Source of the DNA: an uncultured Acidimicrobiales bacterium
Lineage (GTDB): Bacteria; Actinomycetota; Acidimicrobiia; Acidimicrobiales; SHLQ01
Direction: 5' to 3'
DNA length: 64,000 nt
NCBI GenBank assembly: GCA_938084885.1
Contig: CALKGG010000023.1
Coordinates: 35,065 to 99,064 of the forward strand
The notes beneath the pieces are model-generated. The model ran no database searches. It was not told the origin of the DNA and saw only the letters and a program-made list of their open reading frames with translations. A program made the position numbers and the translations under genes. Shown here piece after piece: positions 36,721 to 45,008 of this stretch (position 1 is the first letter of the stretch; every line of letters begins with the position of its first letter).

Positions 36721-39617
36721 CGGTCGTCCTCCACCGGGACCTCGATCGTGGTGCGATCGACTTTGATCTCCATGAAGTTCTCGAGCGGTCCCGGCCTGCC
36801 GGTAAACCAGCCTTGCACTCGATCACAGAACACCCGTCTGAGTGCGTTGAGTTCTTCGTGGGTCTCGACCCCTTCGCCGATCACCGTCATGTCGAGGGCG
36901 TGGGCCATCTCGATCGTCTTTTGCACGAGCGTGACCGCTCCTGGGTCGTGGGTCATTGGGGTTACGAGCGAGCGATCGAGTTTGAGAATTTGTGCTGGAA
37001 GATTGTTGAGGTACGCCAGGTTGCTTTGGCCAGATCCGAAATCGTCGATGGCGATCTTGACGCCAAGTGCTCGAATTTCGTGAAGGACGGCCAGGCCCTG
37101 CGGGGTTGCGGTTGCGCCCTCGGTGACTTCGAAGATGATGCGATCGCGGGGAGCGTTTGTTTCGGTAAGGACGCGTTCGATCCCGTCCAGCAGATCGATG
37201 TCAGACAGCTGAACAGGGGAGAGGTTGACCGCCACATACGGGGTGTTGCCTCGGAGGAGTGGGAGAGCCGCGCACGCTTCGCGCAACGCAAAGTGGCCAA
37301 TCTCGGTGATCATGCCGTTGTCTTCGGCGATCGGGATGACTTCAGCCGGGGAGATAGGATCGCCGTGCATCGTTGCCCGCAGGAGTACTTCGTAGCCTTC
37401 GATCGACGTCGTAATGGTGTTGACGATCGGCTGGAAGTGGACGGAGAGGTCACCGTTTTCGAGGGCATGGGATAGCCAGTCGCCAATGATGCCTCGGCGG
37501 CGTAACGATTCGCGATGGCCCTCTTCGAATCGAATGACCTCGGTCTCGCGTCCTTCGGCCTGCGCGAGAGCGGCGGTGACGTTTGTGATGGATTGGCTGA
37601 GATCGTCGTCGAAGGTCGAGACTTCGGCGTAGGTGATGGTCGCCCCGAGTTCGACCGCGGTGCCGTCGACGATGAACGGCTGATCGAACCGAGCTGCGAA
37701 GGCGGTGATCAGATCTGCGCTTGTCCTCGTTGGTGTAATGATCGCGAAGTCGGGTTTGGTGAGTCGTGTCAGAACAGTCTCGAACTCGCCGTTCGGTGCC
37801 ATTTTGGCAATCACCTCGGCGAGGGCATCGGCGATGGATTTCATGACAAGGTCGCGGCGGGCCCGTCCCATACGCCCATCGAGTTCATCGAGGCGCTGCG
37901 GCTGAACACCGATGGTCGACCACGTGATCGAGCGGTCTGCTTGTTCGACAAACCAGTGACGGGTGAACTCGGAGTTTGGAAGGTCGGTAAGCAGGTCATG
38001 CTCGCGGTCGTGAAGTGCACGGGACTCGGCGGCTTGGCGGCGATGTGCCTGGGCGAGGATCTGCGCTGCGGTCTCCAACAACGAAATCAGCGGTTCGACT
38101 TGGGTTGGCTCGGTCTTTCCAAAGGCGAGGACGAGAACGGCAGGCGGGCCTTCTGGGAATTCGACCAGGCAGGCAACGCCGACCCCTTTGCGGAGTTGGA
38201 CGAGCTTTCCGCCATCGCCAATGGTCGGCATTTCGAGGGCGGAGATGCTCGGCTCGAGCGGAATGCCAAGGTCGACGGTTGGTGGTCCGCTCGGGTGGAC
38301 GTGGAGGTGCGTATGGGATCCTGCGAGGGCCGATGGCAGGTGGCGGAGCACAGCGGCGGTGAGTTGGGGAGCGGTCGTTGCCAACGCGGCTGCGCTCGAA
38401 ATCTCCGCCATTACGCTTCGTCGATCGAGTTCTTCTCGAACAATGCCCCGATGTTCCTCGCCGGTCGCGAGTGTCGAGTTCAGTGTTTCGGCCAGGCGGA
38501 GCCAGTCTCCGGGGAGTCCTTCGGTATCGATTCGTTTGTCGTACTCACCTTGTTTCAATGCGGTCGCAACGGTGTCGACGTCGGTCCACAGGTGTTCCAT
38601 CGTCGCCGAGATCGACGCGAAGGCTCGGCTCATTTCGCCTATCTCGTCTTCTGCTTGGTCTTCGGTGGTCGCGGGTTCGCCGCGGGAGAGGCGGCGTGCA
38701 TTGCCGGTGAGCGTGGTCAGGGGGGTGACGATGCTTCGACGCAGGTGGAAGGCAATGAAAAGTGCAACGGCGATCACGATCAGCGCGATTGCGGCGAGCA
38801 GACCGAGCCGACGGAACTCGTTCGAGACTGCAATGGTGGTGTCCTCGCGAAGCGTGTCGATCTCGGAACTGATCAGCGAGGTCAGCTCGGAGCTTCGGAC
38901 GTCGGCGGCGGCGTTCCACGCGTCGCGATCGAATCCGCTACCCATTGCAGCTGACGAAAAGGAGTTCAGCCGAATCAGATTGAGTTCTCTCCAGAACTCA
39001 CTCACGGTCAGCAGCTCGAGACGAAGAACGCCGCTCTGACTGCCGTTCTCACTGAACAGGCTGAGGTTCGAGGTCGCGGTGGTGTGCAGTTCGGTGAGCC
39101 TGATGGGGTCGACTCGTGGTTGACGCGTTTCGAGGTTTTCGAGGACGAGGGATTCTTGTGCGGTGAGCAGCGCTCGTAACGCCGCGCTTCGCTGGGTCGT
39201 GAAACCGAGCGGCGCAGTGTGAAGGGTGGCGTTGATGTCTTCGTCGAGCTCGGAGATCAGTTCGGTGTAGAGCAGAACGGCTTGGGTTCGCCGGTTGTTG
39301 TCGGCGAACTGGCGCGCAACCTCGAGGTCGTCAGTGAATTGCGATCCGCCAACAAAACCCAAGGTTCGAAGCGCCTCATCGATATCGGACTGGGTCATCG
39401 CGAAGTCGGTTGGTCGCGCCGAGGTTGTTCCGACGTGACGTTCGACCTGTAAGGCCGCTCGAACTTCGACCTGTTGGTCGACGAGGTCGACAGTCTCTGA
39501 GAAGGTCCGTAGGTCTTGGACTGCGCGAATGTCCGACGACACCACAAGGCCGAGGAGGCCGAGGAGCGCGAGCGATGGAATCGCGATTGCGAAAAGGAGC
39601 CGTGGCCCAATGCGCAT
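36717..39617 (-). CDS. Membrane c-di-GMP phosphodiesterase: NIT-like sensor-HAMP-GAF-like-degenerate GGDEF-EAL
   Basis: TM, then about 280 aa of helical extracytoplasmic domain with ALQVERHVG (NIT-like LQxERG motif), then a second TM. HAMP (DEIGEMSRAF). The GGDEF position reads TKPDF. The EAL domain has a full motif set (QPIV, EVLLR, NLS, FEVTE, DDFGSG, KLD, EGVET, QGW). Start set at ATG 39617 (alternative 39686), because the 39941 start would overlap the divergent gene. Confidence 0.8.
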   Translation of the reverse strand: MRIGPRLLFAIAIPSLALLGLLGLVVSSDIRAVQDLRTFSETVDLVDQQVEVRAALQVERHVGTTSARPTDFAMTQSDIDEALRTLGFVGGSQFTDDLEVARQFADNNRRTQAVLLYTELISELDEDINATLHTAPLGFTTQRSAALRALLTAQESLVLENLETRQPRVDPIRLTELHTTATSNLSLFSENGSQSGVLRLELLTVSEFWRELNLIRLNSFSSAAMGSGFDRDAWNAAADVRSSELTSLISSEIDTLREDTTIAVSNEFRRLGLLAAIALIVIAVALFIAFHLRRSIVTPLTTLTGNARRLSRGEPATTEDQAEDEIGEMSRAFASISATMEHLWTDVDTVATALKQGEYDKRIDTEGLPGDWLRLAETLNSTLATGEEHRGIVREELDRRSVMAEISSAAALATTAPQLTAAVLRHLPSALAGSHTHLHVHPSGPPTVDLGIPLEPSISALEMPTIGDGGKLVQLRKGVGVACLVEFPEGPPAVLVLAFGKTEPTQVEPLISLLETAAQILAQAHRRQAAESRALHDREHDLLTDLPNSEFTRHWFVEQADRSITWSTIGVQPQRLDELDGRMGRARRDLVMKSIADALAEVIAKMAPNGEFETVLTRLTKPDFAIITPTRTSADLITAFAARFDQPFIVDGTAVELGATITYAEVSTFDDDLSQSITNVTAALAQAEGRETEVIRFEEGHRESLRRRGIIGDWLSHALENGDLSVHFQPIVNTITTSIEGYEVLLRATMHGDPISPAEVIPIAEDNGMITEIGHFALREACAALPLLRGNTPYVAVNLSPVQLSDIDLLDGIERVLTETNAPRDRIIFEVTEGATATPQGLAVLHEIRALGVKIAIDDFGSGQSNLAYLNNLPAQILKLDRSLVTPMTHDPGAVTLVQKTIEMAHALDMTVIGEGVETHEELNALRRVFCDRVQGWFTGRPGPLENFMEIKVDRTTIEVPVEDDR

Positions 39618-39809
39618 TTGTCGAACGATTCGACCGGGGATACGCGCGCTGGCGCCCCGTGAGTCCCGTCCAATCGTTCGCAACATCTGATGCCAATCGG
39701 ACGAGTTGATCGAACGCGTATAGGCCTTGTGGGCACGTTTGCCCGGAACCACCACGCAATGGTGTCCAGGTGGGCAAAGCGTCACGCTACGTGGTGAAGT
39801 CGTATTCGC

Positions 39810-40922
39810 ATGGACGCCGAACTCGACACTCTTTGGGCGCTGGTCGCGGGGATCCTTCTCCTGTTGGCCACTGTCGGCGCGGTCGTTCTTTCCGAGGGGA
39901 TGACCCGTCGACGCAGCGTCCTGACCGTGTCTTCGAGGCATCTCGCGGGTGCCGCCGGGGCGGTCATTGGACTCGTCGCACTCGCTTCCGTCGACAGCGC
40001 CCTGCTACCAACGACCGCAGCGTCGGGTTTGGCCCTTGAGCCAACTGCCCAACTGTGGTTAGCGGCCTGCTCGGGGGTGCTGCTCACGTCGCTTGCTATG
40101 GCGGGGATGGCCGAGCGGGCAACGGTCGTTGCGCACCTGCTCGGTGGTGTGTTGATCGGCGGAGCACTCGCCCCGTTGGCAGCGTCGGGCCGCCACGCCG
40201 ATGGATTTCTCACGACGATCGAATTCGGAGACCGTGGCTTTGTCGACACCGCTGCGGGTTCGATGTTCGCCGTCGCCGGCTGGGTTGCGCTCGTCGGCGC
40301 CATGATCATCGGGCCACGACGCGGTCGTAGCGGTCGTGAAGGATCGGTTCGTGACATTCCGGGCAAATCGATGCCGCTCGCCACGGTCGGCGCGCTCATC
40401 ATGTATTCCACCCTGATTGGTGTTCTCGGGCGTCCCGGAGAGGCCTGGGGCAACGAGATCATCGACGGAGCAACCGTCATGTTGATGGGGGGCGCGGTTG
40501 GTGTGCTTGTCGGGATCGTCATCGGCCGTGCGATCGCAGGTGATGTCCGGGTCATCCACGTGCTTCGAGGTTTGCTCGCCGGTGTCGTGTCGACCACGGG
40601 CGATCCGCTCGGGGCCAGCCTCGAGGAGGCTGCAATAGCTGGCGCGGTCGGCGCTGTTATTGCGTTGGTCGTTGGCTACTACATCGACTCGGTGAACATC
40701 GACGACCCTGTCGGCATCATCTCAGTGTTTGGTGCCGCGGGCGTGTGGGGCACATTGGCGGTAGGCGTCGCAAACAGCGACCAGTTCCTTGCCCAATTCG
40801 TTGGAACGTTCGTCGTGGCATCCATCACGACAATCGCCGCCGGGGCACTGTTTTCGATGCTCCGATTGCTTCGGGTTTTCCGGGTCCGTTCCGATATTGA
40901 GATTGCCGGCCTCGAGCCGTAG
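39810..40922 (+). CDS. Ammonium transporter (Amt/MEP/Rh) family-like membrane protein, divergent
   Basis: 370 aa, about 10-11 TM. DTLWALVAGILLLLATVGAVVL.G..RRRSV, FVDTAAGSMFAVAGWVALVGAMIIGPRRGR and IDDPVGIISVFGAAGVWGTL parallel the AmtB signature regions, but both pore-His positions are substituted. Confidence 0.55.
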   Translation: MDAELDTLWALVAGILLLLATVGAVVLSEGMTRRRSVLTVSSRHLAGAAGAVIGLVALASVDSALLPTTAASGLALEPTAQLWLAACSGVLLTSLAMAGMAERATVVAHLLGGVLIGGALAPLAASGRHADGFLTTIEFGDRGFVDTAAGSMFAVAGWVALVGAMIIGPRRGRSGREGSVRDIPGKSMPLATVGALIMYSTLIGVLGRPGEAWGNEIIDGATVMLMGGAVGVLVGIVIGRAIAGDVRVIHVLRGLLAGVVSTTGDPLGASLEEAAIAGAVGAVIALVVGYYIDSVNIDDPVGIISVFGAAGVWGTLAVGVANSDQFLAQFVGTFVVASITTIAAGALFSMLRLLRVFRVRSDIEIAGLEP

Positions 40923-40975
40923 CGACAACGGTCGGTCGGCTTTGCCACGACGGGGTCAGGTCGTACTGTTCCACT

Positions 40976-41962
40976 ATGTCGATCTCTGTGCCATTTCCAC
41001 GTACACAGCCTCCGGGATTTGAGCTGATTGGAGACGAGCCTGTCTTTGATCCCGAGCGTCACCTGCAGCTCGAGGAGCCAAATGAGATCATCATGCTTGC
41101 CGATCTTGGGTATACCCGGGCCGAGATCGAGGGCACGGCGACGCCGGTCGCGTGCTCATCGCCGTTTCGTATGCTCAGCAATGAAGGTGCCGAGGTCATG
41201 CTCGAGACCGCTCGACGGTTGCGAGTGTTCGCAACGCCAGCGGGCGAACGGATCGAGCGAGTTGTGCGAGGCGGATGTTACCGATCGACATGGCTTCGCG
41301 ACTTGGCGCTCAGCCCCGATGTCACCGCGCACATGTCGAAGATCTACGGGATCGACGTCGCCCCGCACGCGATGCCCCTCCACCTTGGGCACCTCAACTT
41401 CGAGCCGTCGAGCATCGAGAAGTCGATCGACAAATGGCACCACGACACGCTGCCGCTCGATTACGTCATGGCGGTGACCGACCCAGCAGAGGTTGCTGGC
41501 GGTCGATTCGAATACTTTCTTGGGACCAAGGACGAGGCGGCTGCCTTCGCAGCAAGGGGCGAGACCCCGCCGGTCGATCGTCGGGTGGCGCCGGAATTCG
41601 CGGGCCCGGGATACACGATTGCGTTGCACGGCAACATGGTTGTGCATCGCGCGGGGGAAATGTTCGAGTTATGCGAACGGATTTCGATGGTCAACGGCTA
41701 TGTCGCCACCGACACCACCATCGATGGGCAAAGCCGGTCGCGAGACCTTCTGCACGTCGACCCACCCGAGGTGCTCTTTGCTGAGTGGGCAAAGTTCGCT
41801 GCTTGGCGTTCGCAGGGGCGATTGGCAACGCTCGTCGACTCGCTCGATTTCACAAGAGATACCGACGCGGTGATCCGCCAACTCGAACATGCCATCGACG
41901 ACGTGCAACAAGCGGTTGTCGAGATGCGCAACGGCCTGCAACCCCTCGAGCACTACGAATAG
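40976..41962 (+). CDS. Hypothetical protein, possible non-heme Fe(II)/2-oxoglutarate oxygenase fold
   Basis: 328 aa. WHHDTLP (HxD) followed about 75 aa later by ALHGNMVVHRAG. No other recognisable motif. Confidence 0.35.
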   Translation: MSISVPFPRTQPPGFELIGDEPVFDPERHLQLEEPNEIIMLADLGYTRAEIEGTATPVACSSPFRMLSNEGAEVMLETARRLRVFATPAGERIERVVRGGCYRSTWLRDLALSPDVTAHMSKIYGIDVAPHAMPLHLGHLNFEPSSIEKSIDKWHHDTLPLDYVMAVTDPAEVAGGRFEYFLGTKDEAAAFAARGETPPVDRRVAPEFAGPGYTIALHGNMVVHRAGEMFELCERISMVNGYVATDTTIDGQSRSRDLLHVDPPEVLFAEWAKFAAWRSQGRLATLVDSLDFTRDTDAVIRQLEHAIDDVQQAVVEMRNGLQPLEHYE

Positions 41963-42009
41963 AGCGAGAACGCGACAACTGACGACGTCTATACTCGTGG
42001 CCGATTGCA

Positions 42010-42083
42010 CGGGTAGTAGCGCAGCTTGGTAGCGCGCCTCGTTCGGGACGAGGAGGTCGGGAGTTCAAATCTCCCCTACCCGA
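42010..42083 (+). tRNA. tRNA-Pro (anticodon CGG)
   Basis: Cloverleaf folded by hand. Acceptor CGGGTAG/CTACCCG, D stem GCGC/GCGC, anticodon stem CCTCG/CGAGG with loop TTCGGGA, T arm GGGAG-TTCAAAT-CTCCC. 74 nt, CCA not encoded. Confidence 0.92.
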
Positions 42084-42107
42084 CGCCTGTGATTCGCGAG
42101 AGTGCTA

Positions 42108-42479
42108 CTAGCTCGAGGTGGGCAACAGCTGGTTTGCTGCACGACGCAACGCAAGCGAATTCAGCGGCTTCACAAGCCACGAATCGGCGTCGGATTGCTC
42201 GGCGAGAAACCTGTCGGCTTCGCGATCGAGGAGCAGCAAGATCGGAACGTCCTCGAGCCGGCCAGCGCGCTGTTCTTGTTTGACGAGCAGCGACGTCGCA
42301 ACTCCGCCCATGTTCCCGATCTGCAGATCGAGGATCAAAAGGTCAGGCTCGACCTTCGTCAGCGCTTCGGTGACGTGCGCACCTTCACGAACTCGATGAA
42401 CGTCGTGAGAGCCGCCAAGCGCGGCAGCGACGTCGTCGAACAGCCAATCGGCATCGGTTGCAAGCAGGAGATTCGGCAC
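42108..42479 (-). CDS. Stand-alone response regulator receiver domain
   Basis: 123 aa. Acidic pocket (TDAD), phospho-acceptor context DLLILDLQ, and a conserved WLVKP lysine. Confidence 0.8.
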   Translation of the reverse strand: MPNLLLATDADWLFDDVAAALGGSHDVHRVREGAHVTEALTKVEPDLLILDLQIGNMGGVATSLLVKQEQRAGRLEDVPILLLLDREADRFLAEQSDADSWLVKPLNSLALRRAANQLLPTSS

Positions 42480-42650
42480 CCTGACAGGGTAGCGCCTTAG
42501 ACCGATCGCGTTGCGAGCTGATTACAGGACTGTGTCGGGCAATCGGTATTGGTGTGGCGACCCTGCCTCGGTGGGCTAACCTTTGGCATTCGCTATGAGA
42601 ACGAATGCGAGCCATCCGGCTTTGTGAGCGGAGCAAGCGAGGTACCCAAC

Positions 42651-42998
42651 GTGTTGGAAATCAATGTCGAAGCGAGTGAAGAGGGCAAGGGATATCACAT
42701 CCTGCGTCTTGTCGGTGAGGTCGACGCCTACACGGTTGGTGACTTTCGTGAAGCGCTCGCCGGAATCGAAAACGTGCACTGGCTCATCGTCGATCTCTCC
42801 GACGTGCCATTCATGGACTCCGCCGGGCTTGGTGCGCTCATCGGCGGCATCCGACGCGTGCGAGAAGCCGAGGGTGATGTTGCTGTGGTGAGCACGACAG
42901 CGGGCCTCAACCGCCTCTTGCACACGACTGGATTCGACCGGATCGTGCCGGTTACCGAATCGCTCGACGACGCCCTTTCGGCGCTCGCTGGCGACTAG
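42651..42998 (+). CDS. STAS-domain anti-sigma-factor antagonist
   Basis: ILRLVGEVDAYTVGDFREAL...VPFMDSAGLGALIG is the SpoIIAA/RsbV pattern. A GTG at 42651 is preferred over the longer 42549 ORF. Confidence 0.8.
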   Translation: MLEINVEASEEGKGYHILRLVGEVDAYTVGDFREALAGIENVHWLIVDLSDVPFMDSAGLGALIGGIRRVREAEGDVAVVSTTAGLNRLLHTTGFDRIVPVTESLDDALSALAGD

Positions 42999-43025
42999 CC
43001 CATTCGAGACCCCGGCGAGCGTTCG

Positions 43026-45008
43026 TTAACGCAGCTGCTTTGCGAGCTCGGTAATCCCGGCGAGGGTCGTTACCGGCGTTGCGAGGTCGGTTACCCGAAC
43101 CAACGGAAGTGACGAGAGCTCGCTATGTTCGGCGAGGTTCGCACTTTCCGAGCGACGCTTGATCTGCAGGTGGCCAACAATGGCGGCTGCGGTTTTGCTT
43201 CGGCCCGCTGGCGGCACTTCTGGCGTGCACCGGTTGGCAATTGTGATCGATGGCGCAACGCCGGCCTCACGAAGGTCAGTAATGAAATTTCTGGCATTGC
43301 CGAGCGAACTTCCCGTCGGGGACGCCACGACGATCACGCTCGTATCGTTGCTTCGAAGCACGTCGTGAATCTGGTCGCCGCGCCTGCGAAAGCCGTCCTC
43401 GATGCCTTCGAAGCTCTTGAAAAAGTCGACCGCATCGCGCACGACTGCTCCACCGACCGTTGCCACGAGTTGGCCAACAACACCGCCGATTGCGCGATTC
43501 ACAAACGAACGTCGCTTGCCATGCACGAGAATCTTGTAGATGCGATTGTCCAAGAGGCGAGCCAACAGCGTTGGGGCGTCGAGGAACGCGAGAGCATCAG
43601 ACGATGGCGGCGTGTCGACGACGACGAGATCGATAGTGGGGTCGGTGTGAAGCTGCCACAAGCGCTCCACGGCCATATATTCGGTCATCCCCGACAATGA
43701 ATTGGTGAGCTGCGCGGACAACGGCGAACCGAGAATTCGCTCCGCATGTGCGGTGTTTGACGCTTCGGCACGGACCACTCGTTCGAACGTCTTTCCGGGG
43801 TCGAGCATGGTCGCCTGCAAACGTCCCGAGCCAGGAACGGACACCTCCCGGAGTTCATCGTCGAGGGCGTCGAGGCCGAGCGCATCGGCCAAACGCTTCG
43901 CTGGATCGATGGTGATGAGCGCGACCGAACGGCCGCGGGCTGCTTCTCGCCACGCGAGGGTTGCGCCGAGCGTCGTTTTACCAACGCCTCCGGTGCCGAC
44001 CGTGATAACGATGGGGACGTCGAGCGCTGCGTGAAGTTCGTCGAAATCTGATGCGGCGAGCGCGACCGCGTCGTCGCCATCATCGTCGACGCGAAACTCG
44101 CCGCCGATGAGTTCGCGAATGTGCTCGGGATTGCTCACGCCGTGCGGATTTTCCGGGGTGGTTGACTGTGGCACGGGAAGCTCGTCGGCAAGCCGCTGGC
44201 ACTGCTCGACGTTCGATTGATGTCGCTCACGGATTGCCGTACCAAAGAGATGTTGATCGAAGCTCTTGGGCGGTTCGGCGTCGGGGAACACGCGGTTGAC
44301 GATCACGCCAGCGAGGTGGATGCCTGGCTGGTCCTCTGCGTCGAACGCCGTTTCGATGGTTTCGTTCACCGGTGTTTCTTCGGGCAATGTGACGAGCAGT
44401 AGCGCGGTCGAATCCGCGTTGGTCAGCAACTCGTGGCCACGAGCAGCCTGGTCATAGATCGGGCCCTCGGTGGCGGCTTGGGCAACCATCATCGGCGCCC
44501 GGAGAAGCTCGCGGGCGCGTCCCGATGCTGGTCCGTCGACGATGATGCGGTCAAAACGCTGCTGATCGACGAGGCGACGAAGGAATCCGACGAGCAGCAC
44601 GTCTTTGATTCCGGGCACCGACGTGGCAATGACCGACAGCGCTCCGGAACGTTCGAGACGGTCGGCGATCAAGCCCATGCTTCTTCCCGAGAGCCATCCA
44701 GCGAGTAGCCGATCGGGGGAGATCCCGAGCCACGACATGTTTTCGCCAAGCGAGATGATGCCTTCTTCATCGGGTTTGGCAGCTTCATCGGGTTTGGCAG
44801 CGTCAGGTTTTGTACCGTCTGCGTCGGTGGTGGAACCCGACGTGAGCAGAGGAAGTAGTTGCTGCTGTCCGCCGAGTTCGACAAAGAGTGTCGAAAGACC
44901 AGCCCGTGCGGTTTCGGTTCCTATTGCTGCAGTCAGTACGGTCTTACCGACACCTCCCTTTCCCGCAATGATGAGGAGCGGAAATGGATACTGAAAATCA
45001 CGCTGCAA
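43026..45008 (-). CDS. Tandem-domain ArsA/Get3-like P-loop ATPase (two ATPase halves in one chain)
   Basis: 660 aa. First P-loop IIAGKGGVGKT at aa 13-23, second ITVGTGGVGKTT at about aa 345. A KPD(A/E)A repeat is inserted in half 1 (18-bp DNA repeat at 44765-44800). The only available start is TTG 45008. Confidence 0.8.
   Translation of the reverse strand: MQRDFQYPFPLLIIAGKGGVGKTVLTAAIGTETARAGLSTLFVELGGQQQLLPLLTSGSTTDADGTKPDAAKPDEAAKPDEEGIISLGENMSWLGISPDRLLAGWLSGRSMGLIADRLERSGALSVIATSVPGIKDVLLVGFLRRLVDQQRFDRIIVDGPASGRARELLRAPMMVAQAATEGPIYDQAARGHELLTNADSTALLLVTLPEETPVNETIETAFDAEDQPGIHLAGVIVNRVFPDAEPPKSFDQHLFGTAIRERHQSNVEQCQRLADELPVPQSTTPENPHGVSNPEHIRELIGGEFRVDDDGDDAVALAASDFDELHAALDVPIVITVGTGGVGKTTLGATLAWREAARGRSVALITIDPAKRLADALGLDALDDELREVSVPGSGRLQATMLDPGKTFERVVRAEASNTAHAERILGSPLSAQLTNSLSGMTEYMAVERLWQLHTDPTIDLVVVDTPPSSDALAFLDAPTLLARLLDNRIYKILVHGKRRSFVNRAIGGVVGQLVATVGGAVVRDAVDFFKSFEGIEDGFRRRGDQIHDVLRSNDTSVIVVASPTGSSLGNARNFITDLREAGVAPSITIANRCTPEVPPAGRSKTAAAIVGHLQIKRRSESANLAEHSELSSLPLVRVTDLATPVTTLAGITELAKQLR

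Noticed and set aside
39618-39941. N-terminal extension of the sensor ORF up to 39941 (1074-aa version).
   Set aside because: It would overlap the divergent Amt-like gene start by 130 nt. The extension is hydrophilic and low-complexity, and precedes a good ATG plus TM segment (MRIGPRLLFAIAIP).
42010-42083. tRNA-Pro, and also tRNA-Lys at 58782-58854, as possible integration sites of a genomic island.
   Set aside because: No integrase or recombinase gene lies nearby, and by eye there is no direct repeat of the tRNA 3' end downstream. The flanking genes look like ordinary chromosomal genes.
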